64,000 bases of DNA from Balanoglossus misakiensis. Taxonomy: Eukaryota > Animalia > Hemichordata. The DNA is taken from the NCBI GenBank assembly GCA_040954595.2, contig CM082577.2:13895903-13959902 (forward strand). The letters run 5' to 3'. Under the pieces are notes generated by a model that made no database searches, was not told the origin of the DNA, and saw only the letters and a list, made by a program, of their open reading frames with translations. Position numbers and translations under genes: made by a program. Below are positions 47,883-59,399 of this stretch, one piece after another. Each line of letters begins with the position of its first letter. Position 1 is the stretch's first letter.

Positions 47883-50355
47883 TGGTCATTGAAAGACACG
47901 CGTTTCTGTGGGGATTCTGGCTTGGTGTCCGTTGACAGACGCGGACAGTCCTTTTTGAAGTGGCCTTCCTGACCACAGTGGTAACACCCGCGGCTCCTGG
48001 GGGATGGTGATCGGCTGGTTGTACTGGGTCGGTCGCCCCAGTTCATACGAGTTAGCTGATTAGTGAGCATTTCTACAGCAGTGCCCAGTCCGGACATCTG
48101 CGTTTCCACCCGGGCTAGGTGTGACTCCATCCGCGACAGGCGTCTATCCATAACAGGACTGCCCTCACTGGGTCGGACCTTGGGTTCGGTTGAGGGTATG
48201 TCGCGTTTCTGTCGCTGGGGGGTGGATGCTGCCTGTACTCGAGCTATCTCTTCGGCTTCTGAATCTGAACTGATTCGGCGGACTTCGCGTTTTGGTGAGC
48301 GGCCTCCGAATATCTCTTTGTTGTTGTACTGGTACCAGCGTATCTGGTCGATGGCTTTCTCCATGGTTTGGGGGCGCTGTGTGGCTGCATTCAATCCAGC
48401 CTCTCTGTCGGCGCAGCCCTGGCAGACCTTAATGATCGCTTGCCTAATCATCGCTTCCCCATCGCCATCGGGATAAGCTTGTGCTGCCAGGATGAGAACT
48501 CTGCCTGCCCACTCTTCCAGGGATTCTTCTGTGTTTTGTCGGGATTGATTGAACTTCATTTGAGCGGCCTCTGGGAGTTCACAGTACCCAAACCTTTTCT
48601 CCATTTTTCGGATTACCTCTTCGTAGGTGATGTCTTTCCCGGGGCCGGCGAGTGTGGTGTAAAACATACTGGCGCTCCCGTCGAGGCACCAGCACAGTTG
48701 GCTTTTCCGTTCCCGAGAAGTCCAAGCTTGAATATCCGCATATTGCGTGAACTTTGTATAGAACGCCCGCCAATTTCCTCCACCGTTGTATACTAACGTC
48801 TTCGGCAGGTTGACAGACAGTTGACGGGGGACAGGGTGATCTGTTTTCCAGCTTGGGGTGTCGACATGCTTAGGAAGAGTGCCGCCATCGGTGTCGGACG
48901 ATGGAGCGCCCGTCACGCCCCCTGGTCCACTTTGGCGGCGTGTAGACGTGGACGTCGGTGTAGTTGTCACGGCTGAGGCTCCGGTTCGGGCGTCCGGGCT
49001 TCGCGTCCCCAGTGCGGGTCCGGGATCAGACTGATATTGTGGTGCTGCCCCCCGATAGGGTGGTGTGGGGGGGTATAGGGTAGCGACTGTCGGGACTGTG
49101 GCTGCTGCCGGAAGTATGGACCCCAGTTGTACTGGTTGGCGTCCACCTGTTGGTGTTGTTGTGGTTGGGGATAGGCGCCCCAATTGTATCCGCTGACGTC
49201 CAGCTGTTGTTGTTGTTGTTGTTGAGGGTGTGGGCCCCAACGGTACTTGCTGGCGTCTGGTTGTGGTTGCTGGGGTTGTGGCGGATATGAGCCCCAGCTG
49301 TTTTTAACGTCTGTTTCCTTTTGACTCTGGTCATACTGGGTGTGTGTACCATACCAGCTGCCGCCGCCTGGTTCTGGGTACCCTCCCACTTGTTGTTTGG
49401 ACTGTCCCTGGTAGACAGTAGGGGGCTGTGCAGACGGTGTCACTCCACTGGGGTATGGTGTTGATGTGGCACTCCAACCATAGTTTCCGCTGTATGGATG
49501 TCCAGTGGGAGGCCCCCTGGTGGGGTGCATTGGTCCATCCCTGTGGGCGGATGGTGGTGTATCGCTAGGGTGTGGCGTCGAGGTGTGGCTCCACCCATAG
49601 GTACCGTTGACGGGATGTCCAGTGGGGGGCCCCCTGGTGGGGTGCATTGGTCCATCCCTTTGAGCCGACGGTAACGTACATGTATCGCTGGGGTGTGGCG
49701 TCGAGGTGTTGCCCCACCCATAGGTATCGTTGACAGGATGTCCAGTGGGAGGCCCCCTGGTAGGGTGCATTGGTCCCTCCCTTTGAGCCGACGGTAGGGT
49801 ATCGCTGGGGTGTAGGGTCGAGGTGTTGCCCCACCCATAGGTATGCGTTGGTTCATCCCTATTCCCACTGGACTGTGACTCTCCTGGTTTGACGTGATAA
49901 CTCGCGAACGCGCGTCGCGCCCTATCTAGGTCGCTCGGCGAGGCGTAGCGCGGGTCCGCGGCTGTGGGATAGCGTGCGTCTGGGGGGTTGACCTCCATCT
50001 CCTTACCCCCTGTTGCCAGTGGAATTGGACTCTCTAATTCCAAGACCGGCATCCCGTGATAATTCCCACCATAGTTGGTTGCCATGGGCAGAAGTTCAGG
50101 GTTACCCCTTACTCTTGTGTTGTAGTATGAACTGTCCTCATGCAATTCTGCTGGAGTATCTGGGGGAACACTAAAATTCGCCTTTTCAGCGAATTCGGGA
50201 GACCATTTGAAGTAGGGGATTTTCTCCACCATTTCCATGGTGACACTTCCATGTTTTTGCCTGAGAGAGATGATGGCGCTGGCAATCTTTTCCCCCACTC
50301 CTGGTAGATCCCGCAGGGTCTCCTCATCACAACAATTTATGAATACCTGGGCCAT
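47849..50355 (-). CDS. gag: Gypsy Gag (HhH N-terminus, tandem repeats, capsid-like region, CCHC knuckle), split into two frames near 49070
   Basis: ORFs 48967-50355 and 47849-49240 overlap; one extra C in the C7 run at 49067-49073 would join them. Motifs LRDLPGVGEKIASAII, YNGGGNWRAFYTKF, CYHCGQEGHFKKDC. Confidence 0.85.
49450..49845 (-). repeat. Coding tandem repeat in gag, ~114-120-bp unit, ~3.5 copies
   Basis: TYGWGNTSTPHPSDT.PSAQRDGPMHPTRGPPTGHP repeated. Confidence 0.9.
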
Positions 50356-51366
50356 GGTTTTAATTATATGGGGTGCAATAAATTACACACTGGTATACCT
50401 GGTATTCTCTTGGTGTTTTTACAAAGAAAGTTTTTATTAAAAATAATAAGTCAAAGTAAATAATTTCCCTCAGTAACAAAATAAGCAGTGAGTCAATAGG
50501 AAACTAAAATCTATACCTGCAGCGTAAAACAGCTGTAAATAAATGGGCTACTATGGGCTTTTCACTCAATCCTCTAAGAAAAATCCCGTTTTTATGGACC
50601 CTCCTGGGTAGAGACTTCTCCCCGTGAATTTAGTAAAAACCAATATGCAAATTAACTGGAACAATGGGCCCTTGCTGTCTGCGAAGTTTGCTTGAAATTT
50701 ATCCCACTTTATTCGTTACCTTCCTAGGTAGGGAACAAATTCTCCGGCAAACCTCACCGAAAACTCGCTCAGGCAGAATGAAGACAAGAAAATGCTATTT
50801 TGTCCTTCTTAAACTGTGGAAAGGTCTCCCTCACCAACACTTTGATTTCGGACAAACTCAAAATTTCAAGATGGCGGCCGTGAGAAAACACGAGTGGCTG
50901 CCTCGTGACCCCAATTTGCTTTCCCGATTTTCTTGACAGAAAAACACCCTAACTCAGAGCCTAATGTGCCCCGGGCGCGAGTGTGGGTTTTTTCCCCCGG
51001 GTTAAACAAGATAGAGCCCACTGATAGTAAAGTTTGGGGGCGATTACGTTTGCCTAGACCGCCCGGCCCAGACGAAAACAATCGCGACGATTTTTGTAAA
51101 GACACACGCAACAACAAATCGCGACTACGTGCTTCCCTGCACCCTACGCTAAAAATGCTGTCGACGGTCTCTAACAAGAACGCAAGGTTTTTGAAGGCGA
51201 CGAACCCCTTTTACTCCGCTTCCCACGGACGATTTCAGGACCCGCCGACTTCGGAGCAAGCGCTAAAACCTCTGTAAAATCGCTTGGGCCAATTTTCCCA
51301 ACTCCTCCAAAGTTGACAAGATGGCCACGATGCCCCCACGCAAAAATTCGTGAGTCGCAGCGCCAA

Positions 51367-51770
51367 TAAAGTAATACTCGCCCTACTGGGGGGAGAATAC
51401 TACTCGCGGTTAGCACCGGCTGTGTATATATTACCTACACAAAGCAGTCGATGCTGTTACTAACTATGACTAAAGACTTAACTATCTTAAACGCTATATA
51501 AAGGTGAGACAGAACTATACGAGAAAGCTTATAAGGATATTACTTACGTCTTGATCAGTATCAGGTACAATTCGGTCTATCGGATCTCCAGCTCGTCGGA
51601 ACGGCGTGCTTTCCCCAGGTCCGCCCACACTGCTGTTGGCCTCATCCATTGGTGTTGCCCCTGTCAGTCAGATCTCCGTGCTCCGCCTTCCACGGTCCTG
51701 GCTGGCTGTCGCCCTGGGCAACCTACTCCGGCTGCCAGTCATCCGGGGGTCCAAATGTAATTCCACTACA
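51367..51770 (-). repeat. Gypsy 5' LTR
   Basis: Adjacent to the PBS; termini TG...TA in element orientation. Confidence 0.97.
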
Positions 51771-52579
51771 AACCGTAAGATTTTGCTACATTTGACGTCA
51801 GTTTCACCGGCAATGCATAAATTAAAGCTCAACCAAATACGGTTTTTGCATCAAGCTCAAGCACTAAAAACACGAAACAACATGTAAATCATCAAAGATA
51901 TTTCCTTTTCCCAAACCTTACGATAATATACCATGGGACCTTATGGGATCGGTTGCGTCTGTATGTATGTATGGATGTATGTATGTATGGATGGATGGAT
52001 GTATGTCTGTATGTCCGTCCACATCAAAAACTTGAAAACCGCTGCGCGTATGACCTCGATATTTGGTGTGTAGATGAAGGCAGGGCTGTAGATGAGAGTT
52101 TGTTCAAATGAAGTTGTCATTGCCAAAAATATGCAAATTAGCTGGGAAAATGTGAAATTGGTCAAAACTTAAAAACTCAACAACCACTGGTCATATTGAT
52201 TTGAAAATTGGTATGCATGTACCTTATGTCAACCTTATACAGTCCTGTATGTTTTGAGCTAATATTATAGATTTCCTATTTTTTATGCATTTTTTGTATT
52301 TTTCCATGTTATTGGTAAAAAGTCTTCATTTCTGAAAGTGATTTCAAAATATGTTAGGCCGATCAACTCCAACTTTGGTGTGTAGCTAGCCTAGCATTTG
52401 ATAATCATTTTAAGCGAAAAAAAATATATAACAAATCGACCGATTTTTTTATATTAATTTTTTTTTTAATTTATACCTTTACTTATACCTCTATAGTAAA
52501 GCTATGTCCATGTCTTATTGTGGAATTCTGGTCTGTGCAATGGTGCTGTACAGTGACTGGCTATTGGCCAGTGAGCACA

Positions 52580-53500
52580 ATGGGACCAAAATAAAAGGCA
52601 AAATTTTAGGCTCACCTGTAACACCTGCTTAACTCATTAAATATTTGCATACCTAATTCCTGGCTAACAAATAGGGCTAGAGGTTTCGTTCTTGTGGGAC
52701 ATGGACAAGTATGGGGTCAACATTTGTTGCCCACATTTTGGATGACCTCAGGTGACCTTTGACCTACTTTCTTATATCTCTTCATCCAGAGCAGGTACAG
52801 ACTTGGCGTTTGTAGGGTTGGGACTAAAATTGAAAAGCCAAAATTGGGGGTCACCTGTGACACCTGCATATCTCATTAATTATGTGCAAACCTAATTCCA
52901 GGCTAACCAATAGGGCTATAGGTTTGTTTTTTGTTGAACATGGACCAGTATAGGGTCAAAATTTCTTGCCCAAGTTTTGCATGACCTCAGGTGACCTTTG
53001 ACCTACTTTCTTGTATCTCGGCATCCAGAGCAGGTACAGACTTGGCGTCTGCAGGGTTGGGACTAAAATTGAAAAGCCTTAAATGGGGGTCACCTGTGAA
53101 ACCTGCCTATCTCATTAATTATGTGCATACCTAATTCCAGGCTAACCAATAGGGCTATAGTTTTGGTTTTTGTTGAACATGGACCAGTATAGGGTCAAAA
53201 TTTCTTGCCCAAATTTTTTGTGACCTCGGGTGACCTTTGTCTTCTTTCCTATATCTTGGCATCCACAGCAGGTACAGACTTGGAGTTTGGATTGTTGGGA
53301 CTAAAAATTGAAAGCCAAAATTGGGGGTCACCTGTGACACCTGCATATCTCATTAATTATGTGCATACCTAATTCCAGGCTAACCAATAGGGCTATAGTT
53401 GTGGTTTTTGTTGAACATGGACCAGTATAGGGTCTAAATTTCTTGCCCAAATGTTGGGTGACCTTTGACCTACTTTACCATATCTTGGCATCCAGAGGAG
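52580..53500 (+). repeat. Tandem array, ~239-bp unit, ~3.8 copies, inside the HINE
   Basis: TCACCTGT anchor recurs at 52612, 52851, 53090 and 53328. Confidence 0.92.
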
Positions 53501-55331
53501 ATATGCTTTTTGCTATGTTGATATGTGCTATGTTGGCTTGGGCCCGCTGTTGCTGCTTGCAGCTATATTTTTCTCTGAAGCCGCTTGTCATATTGCATTG
53601 AAATTTGGCAGCATGTTCCTTGTAGTGATTGAAGTAAGATATTGTACAATTTTGGTGATATTTGCATATTTGTGTTTTTGCCACTTTTGAACAAATATTT
53701 TCTGTGAAACTGCTTGTTGGATTGCTTTGAAATTAGTTTTTTCTCTGATTGCTTTGAAATTTAGGATATAGTTTCATAACGCATACATGTATATGTGCAA
53801 CTTTTATCCGATTCTGATACAGGCACCAAATTCAGGCACCAAACTTATCTGTTTTTAAATCAAATGTTAAAACTTTACTTTTTAAATCTGCTTTTAGCCA
53901 ATTGTTGTAGTGTATTATTTGCTTTTAGTGTCATTGATCACATTTTTGTGGATACTGACGCTTTATAAATAAATTATTATTATTTATTTATAATATCGGG
54001 AATATTCAAAATTTAGCAAGTTTTTTGTAAGTTTCTTTGTTTTTGGTTAGCAAATCTTCTCCTAAACCAATTGTCCAGTTGTTTTGAAAGTTACTGTTTA
54101 CAAGGAGTTGTGACCCCCAACTTAGACATGTTTACATAACTTTTATAGGCCAGCTGTTACATTAGTAGTTTCATAATTTTATTTGTATTTTGAAAATGTT
54201 TTCCTGTTTTTTTGTTTACTTTTTTATTTTTTTTATTATTTGTTGATTGTAATGCTGTATGGCGTTTACCAGTCATTTCAGTTTTTCAGTTCTTTAGGCC
54301 AGCTGTTACAGAGAAGAGACCACCGGCTATTAAATTTTTAATCACCAGTGGCAGGTCAGTGTGTGTCTGTCTGTCTGTTCCAGGGCTGACTGAAAGAAGT
54401 TGCTTCTCATATGTGTTTGTACAGACAATTTTTGGTCATTTTTTTTCTAGCACCACTTGTAAGACTGCCATGACACAGTTTATTGGGCATGTTCCTTGTT
54501 AATTTTTTTTAAATTCCATATTTCTATATTGTAAGATCATATCTGCTTGCAATGTCACCTGTAATTTTTATTCTGGTGTGTCACTGTTTCCGCATAATCC
54601 TCAAATGGGACCACAGTGTCCTTGACGCTATTTTTTAACATATGTCATCAAGGTCACACCTACTACGGATGTGACATCATCAGATGATGACATAATAAAC
54701 AAGTAACAATGAATTTTGTCAACATTAAACTTTATAAACACAATGCCAATGAAGTCCAAAAGGTAAAATAAAATCACACTGATTTTATCTAAGAAGTAAG
54801 ATCAACACATCAAATTTGCTGAATCATTTTCATTTGATAGTGTTTTTGATGACAGACGCTATTTGTCGATACATTGACAGCAGCCATCAAAATGGTTTAC
54901 TCAGATCCTTGAGTTGGCTTCAGCAAGTTCCTTTGGGTCAAACTTGTAACAAGATCTTCTGTGTATATTTGGAGAAGTCAACACTCTAACAATATCACAG
55001 CGTAACTGAGTCGTTTCTTCTGGTTTGTCTGGCAACACAAATACACCATGGCGTATTTCTTTGAAGAATCTGACAGCAACATTTTCTTCATTGAAACTAA
55101 TCATCTGAAAGAGACAAAATCATGAAAGGAATTTAGCAGCTCACTCATTAATCGTCACCCCCTACATTATCAGATTTATGTAATGAAATATTTATACTTG
55201 ATACATATTTCAATAAACAACAACAAAAATCACAAACCATTAATGAGCAGTTCACATGTTCACTAATGCACAAACCCGGGACTGAGAAGGGCACTTGTAA
55301 CTTATTTTATGTGCATACATATAGTTGTTAA

Positions 55332-55743
55332 GGATGTACGCGCAGAAAATAAACCAGAAACACTGCCCGCCCGGTCTTTTTCCCATAGGATTACATTGAT
55401 AATCGCCAGAAAACAAACTTCTACTATTGTCATTTTCACGAAATTTTACACATAGCTCAGTCCAGCAAATATAAATTCATTGGTCAAATAAAATATAGGG
55501 GTCACCGCGCTCTATTTTGAGATAAATTGCGTTAAAAATTTTGCCCATAGACAAACTATTGGTGAAAAATGCTGAGTCAGCAGATTTCTTCTATTATCGA
55601 CCAAATTCATGGCTCTGTATTTCAAAAACAAGCACAGTGACCCCTATATTTTATTACAGATTTTCATTATACATACGAAGTAGAATAAAAAAATCCACAA
55701 TTAAAAAAAATGACAATACTTTCAATTTACTGAACGTACATCC
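55332..55743. mobile_element. Kolobok-like MITE inside a transposase intron
   Basis: TTAA|GGATGTACG ... CGTACATCC|TTAA; internal segment shared with 27850-27975. Confidence 0.75.
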
Positions 55744-56310
55744 TTAAATATATTTTTAGTACACTGCATGTATTTTGGGGGTAGTATATTTCTGTGCAGA
55801 TGAGCCAAACTTTTGGAGAAGAACGCAAACCTGTACCTGGGCCATGAACATCTTTATTTTCTTTCCAACGGGCACCTTGACAGCTACATAGTCATGTATC
55901 TTGAGTGGCAACTCTTCAGTCGTCTCCAATGGTTCTGGTCTGGGAAAGAAGTTACAGTTTGATAAGTGATGGTATATTAAACAGTTACAGTACTAACAAA
56001 AGTGTGTCATTGTCATCCAGTAACATTAAGTACCATACAAACATGAGTGTTGACACTTGGTTATCTTGGTGTCTGACAATTTGCATGGAGTATTTTTACT
56101 CTGTCGATAGAAAGAAAATGCCAGTAATAAGTGATATATGACAAACAGTCTAGACTTACCTGTCACTGACGGTGTCTTCGATGGCAGGCATGGATGACTC
56201 AGGCACTGGCACTGTTGACATTATTATTATTATTATTATAAACTTTATTTCGGACTCATGGTCCATATTACAGTAGGATTAGTTGAAAGGGGAAAAAATA
56301 GATTACATAT

Positions 56311-59045
56311 CTAAATGACAAAAAGGAGCTTATTCCAAATGCTCAAAGTTTCAGAATTAAAATACAATATATCATGCACTTGCCGCACAATGACATTTTG
56401 GCAGTTCAAGAGTCTTTGTTTAAGACTAAAAATTTGCCTTCTATGCAGGGCATCGAATGTATCGATTCTGTTCGTCACAAACATAGAGCTCGCACTACTT
56501 CGTCTTTCATATCCCAATAGGATACGAGCAGCGTTGTTGTATGCAATTTTCAATTTCCTCATTGTGCTGACAGTGAATTTTACCCACATTGGGCTTCCAT
56601 ACATTTGATAACAATATGTTTTGAAGAGAATACTCTTAATGTCAAAAGTACATCTGAAAAAAATTCTCTTAAGCTTATTAGCTGACACATAAAAACATCG
56701 CATCTGTCGCTCAATATCATCATCATCATGGAGATGATCGTTGAGGATGAAACCCAGATGCTTTTTCTTTGTTACAAATGCTAGTTTAACTCCATTAAGA
56801 TAAACAGAAGGAATGCGACGAATCATAGAAGAATCCGATTTGATACACATACAGTTAGTCTTTTTGTCATTAAATAAAATATCATGAGTATTACCATAGT
56901 CGCCACAGATATCGACCAACTTCTGAGTCCCCTTGACCGAAGGACTAATAAGACATATATCATCGGCATACATTAAATGGTTGATAAAATATCCTCCAAT
57001 ATTACAGCCTGTTTTGGAGTTTGACAACATCATACTCAACTGATCAACATAAATATTAAAAAACTTAGGTGACAAGATTCCACCTTGTTTGACACCATTA
57101 GAGACAGTGAATCCAGCAGAGGTACATGAACCCCAGCGAATGAAAATCTGCTGAGTACGATACCAACTCAAAAGAAATCGCACAAAATAAGCTGGAACTT
57201 TGCGATCTATTAGTTTCTTGAATAAAACCCAATGGTTCACTCTGTCGAATGCTTTTGAAGCATCCATGAAGGTGATAATTACATTACTGCCATGCTTTCT
57301 ATAGAAATTGATTACTTCTTTAAGAACAAATACGCACATATCAGTGGAATGGCCAGATTTGAAACCAAACTGATAATGTGACGTCTCAAGAAAACAATCA
57401 ATATGTCTAAGTAAAATTAACTCAATGAGCTTTGAAGCAACTGTAGACAGTGCAATCGGACGGTAATTACTTTTGTCATTAACATTGTTGTTTTTGTCCT
57501 TTACTATGGGAACTAAAACAGTATCAGAAAGTCTACTCGGGCAAGAACCATGTACAAACATTGCTGTAAAACACATACTAAGTAAGGTAGAGATATTAGT
57601 ACTGGCATACATAAAATGCTCCGCTGAAAGAAAGTCTGAGCCAGCAGCTTTCCCAGTCTGTAATTTAGAAATGGCATCACACACGTCACCGGGTAAAACA
57701 GTAACACTATTATCAAAGGTACATTTCTCAACAGCTTCCAAGACAAATTTCTTATCATCAGTCGTGTTCACAGAGTTATAGATTTCTTGGTAATGTTTAC
57801 ACCACATATCAGTAACATTAGCTTCACCAGTACAACCACCTACATTGTTTGGCCTGGAAGAACACTTTTTGTTATTGACAGAATGCCAAAATTTCTTGTG
57901 GTTACCTTCACAGAGGTTTTTGGCCATAGCATCAGCTTTCATTTGCTCTTCATTAATTCGACACGCCCGCAACGCATACTTGAAACGAGCATGAGTACGA
58001 CGTTTAAAATCATACAATGGTCCATTCTTGGGTTTACCAGACTCACGCCATAATTTAAATGCGTCACGGGCAATTGCATGGATCTCTTTTAAATGGTCAT
58101 TCCACCCAGCAACTGCACAACTTTTTCCACTATCATTGGCATGGCTAATTCGAGTGCCAGCACAATGTAAACAATCAATGATATTACCATAGAAGTCAGC
58201 AATACTATCAACATGATTCTTGTCTTTACAGTGAATGTCTTTACAGCATAATGAATCAGTAGGAATATTAATATCTGCAAGAAGTCTATCCGTGTCATCA
58301 GTGTACATATTACATCGTTTGTTACTGACATTAGACCAATTTAAATTAAATCCTGTATTACTATAGGAAGTATCAGATCTACTAGAGTCACACGATGGTA
58401 AAAAATCGACATTACATGTAATGGAAAGTGGAAAATGATCTGATAAGATCATGTCATACAAAATTTCCATTGACTGTATACAATGGTGAGAACTATATGT
58501 ACAAATACAATGGTCTAACCATGAAGTAGAGCCATGCATGTCGCTAACATATGTAAATGAATCATCAGGCAAAAAGACTTGGTCAGAGATAAAGTAATTA
58601 TAGTCATTACAGAAACTTTGTAATGTCGAGCCAAATAAGGAATTCTGATCTGAATTCCAATCACCAATAATCATACTACAATAAGAGTCACTGGATTGAA
58701 CAATTGAATAAATTTTTGCTAAGTAATCAGAAAATTCATCACAGTTTTCACTACTACACGTCGGTAAATATACACAAAGGATTAACAGTTTACACTTGAT
58801 GTAATCAATCTCAATCCCAATAATTCTGTTGTCATTAAAAGACCTTACTTTGACAGCGTGACCAATTGACTTACGCCACAGAATAGCGACGCCCCCATAT
58901 GGTCTACTAATAATTAGTTTTTCACTAGGATCAACAGGGGACTCACCATAGAAATCAAAGTCTTTATAATATGGATGGTAGATAAAAAAGAAATATTGTC
59001 TCGAGTTAGCCAATGTTCTTGTAGTAAACAAATGTCATGAGTTTC
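56311..59045 (-). CDS. LINE ORF2: AP endonuclease (N-terminus truncated and frameshifted) plus reverse transcriptase
   Basis: DICLLQEHWL (adjacent frame), GGVAILW, GDWN, LDH, SDHFP; NYRPIAL, QFGFK, DASKAFDRV, GVKQGGILSP, YADD. Confidence 0.92.
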
Positions 59046-59399
59046 AATGTCCCGTTCATCGAATGTGTCTACACACAATTTAACAACAGCGTCAAACGGC
59101 AGTGTGTCCATTTTGTTCAGTACGAAGCAGAGTAGTTCATTGATTACTACATTACCATCAGAATTAGCCGACTCGTACAAGGACTGCTGTGTGCCAGAAC
59201 TGTCCAAAGCATGTCGCTTGTTCACACCGCTAGAACTTGAGTCGTAACACATGTCCACACCGCCATTGTCCACCAACACTTCGGCGCCCACCACTCGATC
59301 AGGATGAAATCGCTTTTTGTTGCATGACGGACATAAATCCAAATCGCCCTGACATCCACGGACACCTTGGGTTGTACCACAATCATTACACTGCAGCAT
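59046..59399 (-). pseudogene. LINE ORF1 N-terminal remnant
   Basis: CNDC...CPSC and NELLCFVLNKMD...FDERDIE, fused directly to the endonuclease motif THDICLLQEHWL. Confidence 0.7.

Larger units (their letters stand above)
40340..51770 (-). mobile_element. Full-length Ty3/Gypsy LTR retrotransposon (11.4 kb) with a third ORF
   Basis: 404-bp LTRs 40340-40743 and 51367-51770; 4-bp TSD AACC (40336-40339, 51771-51774); PBS TGGCGCTGCGA (51355-51365, tRNA-Ser-like); PPT AAAAAGAAAAGAAGGACGAG (40744-40763); PR-RT-RH-IN order. Confidence 0.97.
30862..51925 (-). mobile_element. BEL/Pao LTR retrotransposon with 5' LTR split by two nested insertions
   Basis: 5-bp TSD ATATA (30857-30861 and 51926-51930). 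3' LTR 30862-31207; 5' LTR pieces 37092-37168, 40223-40339, 51775-51925. PPT-position tract GGGCCCGCCGGAGAA at 31208-31222. Confidence 0.95.
30831..54636 (+). mobile_element. Helentron-associated element (HINE/DINE-1-like), ~2.7 kb once the BEL insertion is removed
   Basis: T-run plus sub-TIR GGTCCCATT (30837-30845); 5' hairpin completed across the BEL (TATACCATGGGACCT 51927-51941); (GTAT/GGAT)n microsatellite; tandem array; 3' sub-TIR AATGGGACC (54604-54612), stem-loop AGTGTC-CTT-GACGCT and T-run. Confidence 0.75.

Noticed and set aside
42407-48796. Numerous plus-strand ORFs of 100-210 aa opposite gag, pol and ORF3
   Set aside because: Expected antisense shadows of GC-rich coding sequence; no recognisable motifs.
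50867-50878. YY1-like CAAGATGGCGGC in the Gypsy leader, and a plus-strand TATATAAAGG in the LTRs (antisense promoter?)
   Set aside because: Short motifs alone; function cannot be supported without expression data.
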